Notes: generated by a model from the letters alone, not told the origin. Positions 47,979-62,120 are shown, counted from the stretch's first letter. The stretch is DNA of 64,000 nt from Macrostomum lignano (GCA_002269645.1 NIVC01001039.1:1-64000); one strand, 5' to 3'. Numbers and translations are program-made.

Positions 47979-49243
47979 AACAATCCACTGCCAACTAGGC
48001 AACTATCTTTCGGTATACTATTGGTACTGTTTCTGATATTGTCACAAAAATTTCGTTGCCTATCTCTGAATTCTGCAGCCAAACCTCAGCGACTGCTGCA
48101 TCAGGCGGACGCTCACAAGCGTGAATCGCCAGCTCCGAGTGGAGACTCGCTGCCGACGGCGGCGTCGGCGAAGTGGCCGGCTGGGCCAGATGGACCCATC
48201 GGCTTCTAAAGCCTAACTAAAAATTATACAAACTGGTCTTACGAGTATTACTATTAGTAATACAGTTGGAAAGCATAAAAATTAAGTATCACTGTCATCA
48301 GGTTTCAATTCAGTTCCGTTCTAAGACCCGAATTCGTCCGGTTCGTCCGGCTTTTTTTGAGAACTCTTTCAGTTGAATAGCTACATGTACTGACCGCAAA
48401 CCAGCATGGCTGATGAACAACTCAAGAAAAATCTGGATCGGACTGGAACCTGATGGTTGTGAACTCAACCCTATAATTTAGCGTCATTTTTGCGTGAATT
48501 TTGATTGCCTATTCAAGTCCGTTAATTAACGTTTTTATTTAGGCACTTTTGGCTCCCTCCAAATGGTGTACGTCTTGAAAATTCAGAAAAAATTCTAAAT
48601 CTTGTTTTTTGGTTAGAAAATGTCTAAAAAGCAACAAAGGGCATCCATTTTCAGTCACAATCCATTTTCAAGTGTCATTTTTCGTCGTGTAGTTTTACTC
48701 CATAATTCTGTGATTCGTGACAGAAATCAGCCTTTTTGCGACATTGATTTTTCTATTTCAATTATACTGACAGGAAATGCGTCTTGTCAACCCCTGCGAA
48801 TACAGCGAAATTCTTTACACAGCGTCTATAGATTGAAGACTTCTAACAGTACAAGCTGTGCGCTTTATTCCATTCAATTTATCTCTTATAAGAAAAACTT
48901 GGCTGCCTCGCCGTCTTCATTAATGGCCTGCTCGATCGGAGAGGCAAAAGCTGGCGATGTGGATGCAGTCAGTAGAAATTGGATTAGCCATTGGCTGACG
49001 GCATAGCTGATTCAATCTGAGGTCTCTGATTTCGAGAACGGGGCCTCAAACTCGGAGACGATAGATTAATTGGCTTGCCAGCCGCCTCTACACTCAGACA
49101 GGCGGAGCGGCCGTGCATTTTTCTGCTGCACAGTTTCAGTCTGCGTCAAAATTTGATCATTGCTTGATCCGTTTTGTTTCTAGCAGACAAGACTGCCCAT
49201 TCATTTTAATCGTGGCGTGATTTTTGACGGCTTATGGAAACTA

Positions 49244-50116
49244 CGAGGACTGATAACAAAAGTATAGAGTTACAATTTTGATCTTATCTCTATTTCTGAC
49301 GATCCAAATAACACGATTTCGCACAATCTCGTAGCGGCAATTCTCTTCTTTGCATTAAATTTAACATCTTTTAAAACAGACTATGAAAACAAAGTTATGA
49401 ACAAAAATGTAGCAGGAACTCGACCAGTAGACCAGTAGGCTTACAGTAGGTCAACAAGTTATCGGAAAGTAGCGAAGTACTTTTGATTGAAAGCACTTCT
49501 TTGTTTGGCTGCTGTGACAAAGACATATCTATGAAAAAACTTGAAGAAACATAGAACTTTTATAGCAGCAGAATATTTCCCATTGTTGACTTACTATAAG
49601 TCAATAGTCCAGTTCCTGTTACATTTTGTTCATAGCTTTTGTTTCCATTGTTCAAAATGTCTATGGTAATTTACGTTTAGCCAATGACATTCAAGCAATG
49701 ACCGGTCATTGTTTGAAATTGACAATAAAGCATTTTACCGTGATATCAATTTAGAAAACAAACGAGTCGATGAGCGTCAAATAAAATAGTCTATGGTTGT
49801 AAGGGAGGGGGCTTCGCCCCCACACCCCCATCCCCCCTTCCCACTCGAATCCTGATGGACAAATTGACCAATGAAGTTAGCTGGAAGTGAGAAACCATGG
49901 TAATGGCCAAATGCTATCGCCGCTCGTGTCTATCTATGGCCATTACCATGAATTCTCACTTCCAGACGACCCCCATTGTCTGTTTTAAAAGATGTTGGGA
50001 GCGCAAATTTAATAAATAAGAGAGTTGACGTAATAAAATTGTGCGAAATTATGTATTTGGATCATCAGAACGAGAGATATAATCAAAAGTAACACTTTAC
50101 TTTTGGACAGCCCTCG
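49244..50116. mobile_element. Tc1/mariner-type MITE (873 bp) with TA TSD
   Basis: TA|cgaggactgataacaaaagtatagagttac ... gtaacactttacttttggacagccctcg|TA. Imperfect inverted arms extend ~140 bp (49244-49385 vs 49976-50116). Confidence 0.75.
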
Positions 50117-51121
50117 TAGAAACTTACTAGAAACTCTCACCCCTGTTTGTACTCAAAATTTCTTTGCCAATAAAGTGCAGGTCGTGTGACTTTCGGTCAT
50201 GCTTCAATACAAGCAAACAGGAAACTCAGTCTGATTGGAAAACCCAGTCAGAAGCCTGAAGATGAGGAGAAGTTAAAAGGGGCCAGGCAAGACAAAAATT
50301 CCACTCTTCCTTCTTCGGGAAAGAGTCAATTAAGTCCCGGCTTGTGCCTCTTAGTTGAAATCCTGCGACTACATTTGCCTGGTCGAGCTGTTGATACGCA
50401 GTCTCGCCTGCTCCACTGAGACAGCCGCCGCTATTAGCGGCAGAGGAAATTCCGAGCCATGCCTGACTCCGGGCTCGGGGCTGCCGGGAGCTGCTCCGCC
50501 GTGTCCCAGATTCTCGAGGCCAACTCTTTCTAATTTGTTTTTCTTTACTTGCGACCTCGGCAACCTCTGTAGCGAGAAAAAATAACCTTGAAAAAGTTTC
50601 ATTCATCTCTACGGCCTTCTCTCGTCCCAGGAAACCGGATGGAAGCAGGGCAAAGAGGACGCAAAGCTGAGCACTAGCCTACGGTGCTCCTCAGGATACT
50701 GACAGGACTGTCTGTAGTTCCATTTCTGTGCACCAATTAGTAAACAAGGTCTGACCACAGGTATTTATTATCTGTGGTCTCTACAAATATAGATTCTGCA
50801 CGACTTCTGACTGCCAAAAATTGACTTCTCACCCTCGCAACCTTCAGTTTATTCTAGCAATGCCCAAGATTTCTCCTATTTGGTAATCTCATCAAACCCA
50901 GACTTTTACCCTTGGTCTGATCCATTTGACATTTAACAGAAAGATGGGACACTTTGATTCTTAGAAAAAATACGTTCGCATTTTATCGCTGAATTTGTGT
51001 GGAAAAGAAGCAAAACGGAAATAGAAACTTATCGGAAGCAGACCACAGCAGATGAAATGAGAAACCAATTGTAAAATGGACTTTGGCGTCGCTCACAGAT
51101 TTTTTGTCTAGAGAATGTTTA

Positions 51122-52265
51122 CGTCACTCATTAATGACACAGCGTCACTCATTAATGACACAGCGTCACTTATTAATGACACAGCGTCACTCATTAATGA
51201 CACAGCGTCACTTATTAATGACACAGCGTCACTCATTATGACAGCGTCACTCATTATGACACAGCGTCACTCATTATGACACAGCGTCACTCATTATGAC
51301 ATAGCGTCACTCATTAATGACATAGCGTCACTCATTATGACATAGCGTCACTCATTATGACATAGCGTCACTCATTATGACATAGCGTCACTCATTATGA
51401 CACAGCGTCACTCATTAATGACATAGCGTCACTCATTAATGACATAGCGTTACTCATTATGACACAGCGTCACTCATTAATGACATAGCGTCACTCATTA
51501 TGACATAGCGTCACTCATTATGACATAGCGTCACTCATTATGACACAGCGTCACTCATTAATGACATAGCGTCACTCATTAATGACACAGCGTCACTCAT
51601 TAATGAAACAGCGTCACTCATTAATGACACAGCGTCACTCATTATGACATAGCGTCATAGCGTCACTCATTAATGACACAGCGTCACTCAATAATGACAT
51701 AGCGTCACTCATTATGACATAGCGTCACTCATTATGACACAGGGTCACTCATTATGACACAGGGTCACTCATTATGACATAGCGTCACTCATTATGACAT
51801 AGCGTCACTCATTATGACATAGCGTCACTCATTATGACACAGCGTCACTCATTATGACATAGCGTCACTCATTATGACACAGGGTCACTCATTATGACAT
51901 AGCGTCACTCATTATGACACAGCGTCACTCATTATGACATAGCGTCACTCATTAATGACATAGCGTCACTCATTAATGACACAGCGTCACTCATTATGAC
52001 ATAGCGTCACTCATTATGACACAGGGTCACTCATTATGACACAGGGTCACTCATTATGACATAGCGTCACTCATTATGACACAGCGTCACTCATTATGAC
52101 ACAGCGTCACTCATTATGACACAGGGTCACTCATTATGACATAGCGTCACTCATTATGACACAGCGTCACTCATTATGACCTAGCGTCACTCATTAATGA
52201 CATAGCGTCACTCATTATGACATAGCGTCACTCATTGATGACACAGCGTCACTCATTGATGACAC
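51122..52265. repeat. 20/21-bp minisatellite (gacatagcgtcactcatta(a)t), ~55 copies
   Basis: Seen directly. Confidence 0.96.
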
Positions 52266-53179
52266 ATCATCACTTAATAAAGCATTAATAAATGATAAAA
52301 ACTCGATCTGCTTCCCGTGAAAACATGAAAACTTGAAATATCTGCCGAAATATTTGTCTAGGGAAATTGAGTTTTCCATCATTCTACTTCAGTCGTAATT
52401 GGCTTGATCTTGAATTACAATGGCATGTACAGGAGTCATCACCCGAAAAAGTAAGATACGTATAAATAACAGAAAATTTGTCTCAAAGCAAGCGAATTGC
52501 TTCATCGGCAGTGGCTCCTTCACAAAAATGCAATAGGCGTGGCAGCTCAGTCTGCTTTCGTGACCTTGTAGAGTTATTACCAAAACCATGGAAACGAAAG
52601 CAGCTTAAGCTGCTAACACCACCTGCTTCAGTGTCCGAACTGACACAGCAAACCCGACATTGCCTCCGAACTCATCATCGCATCCATATAATCGAATCTC
52701 CAGACAAAAGCCTATGAGTATACTTAACGCTAATCCTCGAGCCGAATTAGCATACCATCCCGTTCTAATCCGCGTGGACACGAGCGGATAGTCAAGCACA
52801 TATGCAGGAATGGGATCGGGCTGGCGTTAATACCTTTATTCCCGGTGCGTGCCCAAGTGTGTGCAGCCGGATTGCGTCGAGCGAAGTCTCAACTCTGCAG
52901 CCTACTGGAATCTTTTGTACACAGTAGCTTCTGGGACTTCTGGGCAGGATTTGGGATTGAATCTAGAACGGGAGATTTATGGATAATCCTCCCAACTCTA
53001 CTCATGCTCACTGGCAGCCAGTTCCGGACGGCCTGTGGACGCGCGCTGAAGAACAATGTTACCTAAATCAAGAAAAAATGAATTTGATCCAGCTAAAGCA
53101 GATTTAAACTTTATAGGCTCTCGTAATTAACGTCGAGTCGTTAGCGCTTGAGTGGTGATGATGCGGGAGGCCAGCAAGG

Positions 53180-53250
53180 ACTTAGAAATGCTAGGAATCG
53201 AACTCAGGCTGTATTTGGCACGAGAGACTCAGACGTGTTACCGCTGAGCT
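53180..53250 (-). mobile_element. Degenerate tRNA-like SINE head
   Basis: Minus strand gctcagcggta (A box) ... gagttcgattcc (B box). No complete cloverleaf. Confidence 0.4.
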
Positions 53251-53749
53251 CGTTTAACGAACTCTCGTCACCAGCATTTTTAATCTTGAATTGAAAAAAA
53301 TAAAACGACGAAACACCGTTGTTTTTCTCGTTCTTATTGTTGCTGACAGACTATCTATAATCAATATAAACAAAAATTATTAAACGTAGAAAATCAAGAA
53401 AATCTACGAGATATCTCATTTTGAATATTCTTTAAACTTATGAGTGGATAGATTTCTAGGAAAATGAGATTAATAGGTCAACATGGGTCAATATCGACCG
53501 CTGTCATCCATCGGGGAAAAGGTCTGATTTAGCTTGTATTACACAGATATACACAGACAATTTTTCCTAAAAGCTCTAATTGACTTTGCTGCAGCAAACC
53601 AATTTTTAAAATATCCGGGAACTGCTCAACTATTACAGCCAGAAATTATGCGCTTGTCTGCTTGTCGCAACGGTTAGGAGACAATGTAACACGCGATGAA
53701 TTTATAAAGTACATTTTGACCGTAATTTCACGGACCATGCAGTTTTAAT

Positions 53750-55192
53750 TCAATATTCAATAGTGAACCTTGGCGGCTTTCGTTCGGAGTCCAGCAGCGG
53801 CTCGCATGGCCGAATGGCGACCAACTCGATGTGGTCCGGCCTGATGGACTGCCGGTCCAGACGGTCCAGGCCGCCGGTCGCCGTGCGCACTGACGGAAGG
53901 CGGCTCTGTCTGCTTAGCCGCCTGTCGGCGTACACTGGATTGGTGCCACCCAGAACTGCTGGGCCGCCGGACAGGCAGCCGAGCGTCTGGCGAAGCTCCT
54001 GACGAAATCGTTGAGCGGAGGCAACGTAAAGAAAGAAATTAGCCACGTGGCTCAGGTACATAATCATCTCGGCGATGGCTTCGATCAGATAGAAGTTCGC
54101 TATGCAGGCCATGTCTCTCGATCGAGTCAAATCGAATAGGAAAATTGACAGTTTCAGCAGAGCGATGGGCAGAGTGCAGAGCAGGTAGCAGGCGCAAATT
54201 GTGCTCAGCATCACAGTCACCTGGCGGGCCGATCGGCTGCGCGGCGGCTGATTCGCCTGGTGATTGTTGCGCCAGCCGCTGAGGCAGCGCGGACGCAGCA
54301 GTCTGATCACCATGGCAGCGTTCAGCAGCAGAATAATGCCAAACGGCGTCAACAGGTAGCAGACGGTGTCCAGCCAGTAGACAGTGTAGTCAATGCCAAG
54401 CGAAGGACGCAGGTCGCAGTCGTTGTAGGCGTACTCACGAATCTCTGGGAGCAAGGAACCGTTAGAATCGTCCGCAGCAGCTCTATGCGTGTAGTTGATT
54501 AGCTTTGGCTGCAGCGCCACGGTCCACATCCAGTGCGAGTTGAGCATCAGGTCGGCGAGGCAGATGACCAACGCCGTGGCTCGAATCCTCCTACCGCTGT
54601 CGGTGCTCGTGCTGGCTCGCAACGGAAATACGACGGCATAGAAGCGCTCGATTGTCATGGCAACAATTAACCACACGGACGCGTAACTAAAGGAGAACTG
54701 CAAGTAGGAAGTGAGCTTGCAGCCAAACTCGCTGATTGTTTCTATTCGAATGCCGAACATCTCCTTGAGCCACTTCCAGAGCAGAGCGGTGGAAAGAACT
54801 AACTGGTCGGTGATGGCAATGAGGATGAGGTACAGGTACACCGGGACAGTCTTGGAGTGCCGCCGCAGCACCGCCAGGCCCAGCAGGTTTCCAACGGTGC
54901 CCACCGTCAGCAGGACTGGCGGGACGGCGCACTTCACCAGCTTGCTCAGTCTGTAGGCCCTGTAACGGTCGTACATGGCCTTCTCGTAGGGAAATATGTG
55001 CATCTCGCCGTTTTTTGCCGGGTTATAGGCGACCAAAGTGGTTGACAGAGCGGCCGAACTCTGTGTGCAGCTGGAGACGGATAGAAGTATGCTGGATTCT
55101 TGTGGGGGGAATCGAAGGCAACTCGCTATTGAGCTATTCGCCCCGATCCTCTGTGCCTCATCGCTTGGATGAAGCTCAGCAGCCAATGGCAT
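53750..55192 (-). CDS. Intronless class A (rhodopsin-like) GPCR, FMRFamide/peptide-receptor-like, 480 aa
   Basis: Seven hydrophobic segments. TM1 GTVGNLL, TM2 LILIAITDQLVL, TM3 CKL..SVWLIVAMTIERFYAVVFPL, TM5 P(F)GIILLLN, TM6 VTVML..CYLLCTLP, TM7 SHVANFFLY, helix 8 RFRQEL. Confidence 0.92.
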   Translation of the reverse strand: MPLAAELHPSDEAQRIGANSSIASCLRFPPQESSILLSVSSCTQSSAALSTTLVAYNPAKNGEMHIFPYEKAMYDRYRAYRLSKLVKCAVPPVLLTVGTVGNLLGLAVLRRHSKTVPVYLYLILIAITDQLVLSTALLWKWLKEMFGIRIETISEFGCKLTSYLQFSFSYASVWLIVAMTIERFYAVVFPLRASTSTDSGRRIRATALVICLADLMLNSHWMWTVALQPKLINYTHRAAADDSNGSLLPEIREYAYNDCDLRPSLGIDYTVYWLDTVCYLLTPFGIILLLNAAMVIRLLRPRCLSGWRNNHQANQPPRSRSARQVTVMLSTICACYLLCTLPIALLKLSIFLFDLTRSRDMACIANFYLIEAIAEMIMYLSHVANFFLYVASAQRFRQELRQTLGCLSGGPAVLGGTNPVYADRRLSRQSRLPSVRTATGGLDRLDRQSIRPDHIELVAIRPCEPLLDSERKPPRFTIEY

Positions 55193-58100
55193 GGAGGCGC
55201 ATCAAGCGTTCGGAAGAATGTTTTTCTATACAGCTGAAAATTGCCGGTGCAGATAGACATACAGGGCGATTACATTAATTTCGGATTTACTCGAATACTC
55301 GTCAGCATGCAGCATTACCGATTGGTTTTGGGTCAGTGCCGAAGATTTCAAAAAAATGTCTAAGGAAGGAAGTAAGCGCGATTTTCTAACAATGACCACT
55401 GTGTTATCTCTGCTTGCAATGCAATAACAAATAAATAATAGTGTGTTTCTTCAAGCCGAGTGTCATTTTCCTGGCAAGGACTACTGATCAAGTAGAAGTA
55501 CGTTTTTTGGAGGCAGTTTTTAAAGAAAAAATACACTACTTTTCAGCACAAAAATAGTTATTGCCTTTGATAAAAAGCAGACCCAATGTTCATATTTTGA
55601 TGTGTCTCGCCTTTCTTATATCAGATAGCTCTATTGATTTTATAAATCTTTCTTAGCTTAATGACTGGTGTAAAAAATGTGCAACAGAATTATAAAAATC
55701 GATTCATAAAACCAATGAGTCGAGCTGTGCCATTCTTACGACTTTTAGGCACAGCATGCACGGGAAATCGTAGGTAGGATATAAAATACGAAAGCCTATT
55801 ATCGAGGTGGGACTAAAAAGTGAACTTTGTATTCGGTGGAATTATCCGAACGGCAGTCAGAATTGTATAAAAACCTGATATTATAGCTCAGCGATCAATC
55901 ATGCATACGAGAATACTGATAGGGATCTGCAGCCGATGTGAGACCCACAGAGGAAGAGAAAATCAGTAACTTCCATCTAACAGTCGTCGCCGCCATTCCA
56001 CGAACTTCCTTTTCTCGTGTCCGACCGCGATCCAAACCATGCATTTATAGTCGGGAAGAATTCGGGCGAACTTGAATTCAATCAGATTGCGGATTCGTAT
56101 CTTAGTCGTCGCCATGGCAACTCAGCTCAACAGACTCAGAGTGCAGCGCGTTCTGACACATGGATTCTGAGATTGCTCAGGTCTCGATAAGATCTGATTG
56201 CAGACATCAAATTGCAGTGAATGAGATTCTGCACTTCCGATCTCTGCCACTGTGAATATGGGTTCGGAGAGTCAGCCAGGCGTTCGCTAATCACAAAATT
56301 AGCGACATCAGATTGTGGCTGCATGCTGCAAATCAGTTTGACTCAGACAGCAGAGCTCAGGGAATATCATGTACACGTATATTGCAATACATGTATCTAT
56401 AAAGTCCTGCGGTCGTCTGCAATACGCACAGCCCAGAACTAGTCATTTGAGGCAGAAACATATTTATAAATAGACTCTCTTTCTCCCACATCCTGGCCTT
56501 AGCTGCAGACCATGCCAGGACGCCATCTGGTTCTCTAATTATCTTCGATTCACTGACCCGACCCTTAATTGCAGTCGATGTGTGCAAGGTCTCGCAAGGT
56601 CTCAAATTTTCCTGTTTTTTGCGATGTCCGTATCGGCATTTGCCAAATACGGTTCAAGTCCTGCTCTCTTTTTCTTTTTGCAATCCAATGCGTCTAATTA
56701 TAATTGGCCTTCCATTGCAGTTCCGAAATCCCGGGATTGGGCCCGAATCCTGGGATAAACAAACGTTTGTTCTTTTACAAAAGTGTTGTAAAATTAACAT
56801 ATTGGGCCCCAAACTACGAAGTAGTTATAATTATTATACTGCGCTCATTAGTGGCGTCTAATTAAACTCGCGAGTGCAGTAAACCAAAAGTGTGTCAGAA
56901 TTTTCGTTTTCGTTTTTCAAATTACTTTATGGATAAACTTAGTATTGGCCAATTGTCTTTAAAAATACATTAAAATAATTCTATTTAACAAGATAGAAGT
57001 TGGAGCTGACTATAACAGATCTCGTCTAAGGACTAACGGAATTGTAGTGCATGCAAGAGCTAGAGATGGGACGACACTACGTTTAGTTGAAGGAACACAT
57101 TTTACACAAGGATGAATTGCCTTGGATCCAAGGATTGAACATTATTTTTTTCAACATATGAACATACATTAAATTATGGGTGTTGTGTATTAAGAGGTGC
57201 CTGGAAAGTCGAATGTCAAAAGATATCATGATGGATTAAATTAGCGTAGATTACATTATAGCTCGTACTGGTACATGCATGCATGAAGTGATAAATTGAT
57301 TTTTAAAACTGATTTTATTCATCACACAATTGCTCAGCTGTACATAGTACGATCGTGTACGTGAAAATCTAGTAGTCTGCTGGATTAATTGGGTTTATGT
57401 ACAGCATTTTGTCATTCGTTCGGATCAAGTCGGGCTCGCCACAATTTACATGTAACCCTCGAGCGAGTAAATTTTAGAAATTTAAAGAAGGATAAGCAAA
57501 AATTGATGATTGAGTTCATTTGCCACAAATTAGCTTTACATGTAAATGCATCATACACATGTATTCTGACCTGCAGCCATGCAATTAAAGAGACGTGATA
57601 GGTGTTATAGCTGCTATCGAACTCGAATTGCCACAAGCAATTTATAAGACACCCCGCTAACCGCAGATACTAGAAAATAACTATATTTACAGTATATGAG
57701 CCACTTAGGCATATATACAGAATTGTAATTAGTAAAACTCTACTTTCAGTTCAGTAGCAAAGACTGTATAAGCTATTCTATAAAATAAAGGCAGCTGAAA
57801 TGACTTCGAGTTTAGAAGTTTAGAGAGAAGCCCAAGCTAATTATTGCAGGGCGTAAACTTAACCTTGCTAATTGGTTCAGCAATATGTACATTAGCCAGT
57901 CCCCTAAAATGTACATAGCAGTTTTAGACTGGAATTCCGAGAAAAAAGTTCGGGCGGGTGGGGTGTGTGAAAGGCGGCCTCGGAGGGTTAGCTGCATGGG
58001 GGTAATAAAAGCCAATTAAATGGCTTGGCTTTTAAAATACATTACAATAATGCTTCTGTTTAACTTACTACTGAACTGAAAGTTATAGCTTACCCGCAAA

Positions 58101-59540
58101 TGTGCTGAGTGGCCCATCTAGTTATTCTACATGTACATGTAGTATCTGTGCCGCTAACACAAGCAGACAATTCCGCTAACACAAACAGACAATTCCGCTA
58201 TCACAAAAGCAGGCAATTCCGCTAACACAAGCAGACAACCGCGCTAACGTCTAACACACTGGAGTCGAAATCATGTCGCTCATTTCCGATACCGTTTGTT
58301 AGCTTCTTTATTGAATAATCAGTTTGTTATGATTCTCATTTACACAATAGGCCTTCTCTACCTTTCAATTGGAAATGCCGAGCCGGGCGAATCTATGATG
58401 CTGAAAATATGATGCGTATTAAATCGTAGAGAATAAAGCAGAACTACAAAGGGCTAAAAATTATGTCGAGAAAAAATGTACAAAATTTTTATATATATCC
58501 TAATCCTAGGGAAAACAAAGTCTCAATAGATCTTTCAACCAAAACATTAAATTTATTTGTTTTAGAAAAAGATTCTAGGAATAAGTTCGTCATTGATGAT
58601 GTCCAGTCAAAACATTGTGTACCTTAGTAATGTACGAAAGCCGGTAAGGCCGGGTGGACATCTTACACAAAAATATTAGTCAAGTAGGCCTAAAGTAATG
58701 AATGTTTTAAATGTTCAATAAATGTAAACTGTGCCTGCAAATTTTGCTTTAGACGTCACTATGGCCTCTTAATATAAATAAAACTAGACTTGAAATTAGG
58801 CTTCATGCCTTCATACTACACCGAGCAGGAGCTATCTCGCACATTATTATTAGATAGAGCATTGTCCTTGACCTGTTGTGATTGATTTATAATTAAATTA
58901 GGTAGGCTGAATTGGGTACAGGCCTATTTGTCTGCTAGCAGATGAATAGTCCAAACTGAATAGTTTAAAAATCTTAACAAGATGCAGCAACAATCTGCAA
59001 TGCAAGGAAGTTTGCAGGGCCTATTGTATAATTTGATGTAGGCCTATTCTATGCATATGATACAGATACAGTGTGGGCGCAATTAAATTGGTTCCAATAC
59101 TCCACTCCACTACAATTGGCAATACTTGGGTCTTGATTGATTGCCAATATTTGATTTATATTTATTTGAAAGTATTGGACTTCAATAAGTTTTTTTTCAA
59201 ATTTCTTAATTGGCAGTTGTTATTGTTTAGGCCTACAGTGATTGTGTAAATAGCAAAACTGTTATTTTTATTGTCATCATAGGTAGGAAGCAAATGGGGC
59301 ATAACTATGGTTTTGTTCGTTATATTATTATTTCTTGTTTCAAATTTGTTCCAGTGCATGAAGAAATGGCTGGATGACCACTGGCTCCTATGACAATCAT
59401 TCCAATGTGGTAGGCAATTTGCATCCGCCTGCAGAGCTATGCCAACTGGACCTCACAATGAGGGACCTGGCAGCTGTGACAACTGATATGCTGGTCGCTG
59501 GCTAGGCCTACTATTTGTTGGTTGGCTACCTATAGGCTGC

Positions 59541-60187
59541 TTGCCAATGAATGGCAGTATGGATGCCAGCCGGGTGTTCAAATGTGTCTGCAATGCCAAG
59601 AAGATGCTTGCAAAGACTGTCGTGCCCAAGTTTATAAAGAGGGGGGTCTTTTTTGCCTACTGGAATGATTGTCATAGTAGCCAGTGGGGCATAGTTCTAG
59701 TTTACTTCGTTATATTATTCTGCCTTTCGTTAAATTATTTTACCCTGTTTTTCTATCAATTTCAGGTTCAAGGTCAAGTCAAGTACTAAACAGGATAATA
59801 AACAGAGGCCCAGTACAGCATGGCGCCAAAGGGAAAGGGTTTGTTATGGTACATGCAGCGCCAGATGTACTCCTCAAGATGGGCCTTGAAAAGCACGTCA
59901 CTCATTCCGTGCATGGCGCGCAGGCACCTCTTGGCCAGGGCCCACATCCTTTCAATGCGGTTTGTGTACACTGTTGGGTCAGCCAGATCCACAAAGTATA
60001 GATGGTGGTTTACCACTGCATGATTCTGTAGCCTGGCATAGCCTAGGCCAGCCAGCCATTGGTGATGATATGGGTCCCTGGTAGTACATGGCGTTGCAAG
60101 AAAATACATGAACTTAATATAACGAAGTAAAGTAGAATTATGAAATAATATAACGAAGTAAACTAGAACTATGCCGCCGGTGGTCAT
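59541..60187. pseudogene. Decayed Merlin/IS1016 (ISXO2-like) transposase remnant, rearranged
   Basis: The minus ORF 59786-60187 has NHAVVNHHLYFVDLADPTVYTNRIERMWALAKR..HG..LFKAHLEEYIWR (VNH..FVDP..HTN.IE..W...K...Y..EF.WR pattern). The plus-strand KTVVPKFIKRGVFFAYWNDC may be the preceding part. Flanked by inverted duplications. Confidence 0.65.
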
Positions 60188-62120
60188 CCAGCCATTTCTT
60201 CATGTGCTGGAACAAATTTGAAACAAGAAATAATATAACGAACGAAACCATAGTTATGCCACAAATGGCTATTTTTATGGTCATGTGGAAGAAATTTCAA
60301 TTAAATTAAAATGTAATAGGCCTAGTTAACAATTACCTAAAGTAAGCTACCATGACAAGAACTACTAGAAGTTAACATCATATTTATTAATAACCTCTTT
60401 CTTTTTTTAAATTTAACCATGCAGAATAATTAGTCTATAGACCACAATTTTTAACTTACATTCAAAAGGAAACACTTTTTGAATTCAGTGTTAAATTTTC
60501 TACAAAGTAATATAACACACATACCAATCTGATATATAGTTAAGCAAAAAATGCCAGTGTTTGGTTGATGATACCAAATTGCATGTTCGGTTCAGTTTTC
60601 AGATTTCAGAATCATCAACCAAACAGAAGAATCTTCAAAACTGAACAAACAAAAATTGTCCAAAAAAACTTATTTCTCGTTTGCTTCTTCTACCTTATAA
60701 TGAATAAATGTATTCTATTGATGAAATGAATTTTATTGAAGCCAAAAATGCATATAAATATAGCAAACAGATATAGCTGCATATTTATAAGTTTTTGGCT
60801 TTTGCCAATTCTATAACTAAAAGCTATAACAAGAGGTTGCAGAACTTTTTGATCACCCCTTGTATTTAACTAATTATTGCTAAAGTTAACTACCATAAAG
60901 ATATACTACTGACAGTTGTAAATCTACTTTGTTATGGAAGTGGCAATTACCAAAGTGGCTATTACCAAAGTGGTCATTTTTTGTTAACAAAATGGCAGTT
61001 ACCAAATTGGCTATTACCAAAGTCAAAGTGGATTGTATTTACATGTTGGCATATGAAGAGTGACTTTGGGCATTTTGTTGTATATGTTATATGATGTGTG
61101 ACATGCACCAAAAGTAGAAAAAATTAGATCTACAATCCTATGTTATCAGTAAAAGTCATAAGAGTTGCCCATATATTATAATTATAAAATTTGATTAACT
61201 TTAATATAAAACTGATTTTTATGTTTCTTAAATGTAACCATTTAAAATTTTAACAAAAATTAATTTTGTATTTTTCTTTATCTTTATTATTAGACCCTAC
61301 TGAAATGGCTATTACTAAAGTAGACTATTACCTTTAGTCTAGAGCTAGCAAAATATTTGTACTTACTAAATAGCAAAGTATGATTAAGTGGCACTGGTAA
61401 CAATTAAGCCTATATAGTAATGAAGTTATATTAGCCTACCTAGATAAGACCAAGGGTTTGGTTTAATTGAAACTAGGCCTTGGGATTATCTAATACTCAT
61501 GTAAATAATATATATTCTCTATGTATCAAAATGTCTAACTTCAAAATTTAACTTGGCTGGTATAACTTTGTTTTATCAAAAAATAATTTATATTTTAGAG
61601 GTCATAGCAATAAATGACTTTTGGAAAAGGTCATAACAATAGTTGCACATTGCCCCTTTAGCTTTTTAAGGGTTATAATAAAATCTAATTACCATTTTGT
61701 AGATTGTTTTAGGCCCACATTGTTTTGATTTTATTTGTTAGAATGGAAACCTGACTAGGACAAATTTATTGTCTTTGGCTTAGGCTTTGACTTGAATGTT
61801 TTTTATTGCTACAACAGGCTTTATGTTTTTTATATTTCTCTTTCTTAGTCTTCAGTTTTCTCTATTTTTCTAAGTCTATATCTTATATTGGCATTTTCTG
61901 TCAATTATCTTGGTTAAGCCTCTTGTCTAATTCTAATTATTTTTTTCTATTTTCTTAATAAGCTATTTAGTTTAGAGTTAGCTTTTAATTTAGTCTTAAG
62001 ACATCAAAGAAGAAAATAAAACTGATGATTAAATTTCTGTGAGTCCAAGTTCATCATTAACTCATCATTAATAAATTTTCAAGCAATTTGGCATTGTTTA
62101 ATGAGCTTTTTGCTGGCTAG

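Noticed and set aside
50186-50606. Short ORFs that might be upstream REPS exons (also 48021-48209)
   Set aside because: No recognisable domain and no frame-consistent splice path that I could establish.
60838-60866. Mariner-like terminus (reverse complement tacaaggggtgatcaaaaagttctgcaac)
   Set aside because: Partner end not found, so no element boundaries can be supported.
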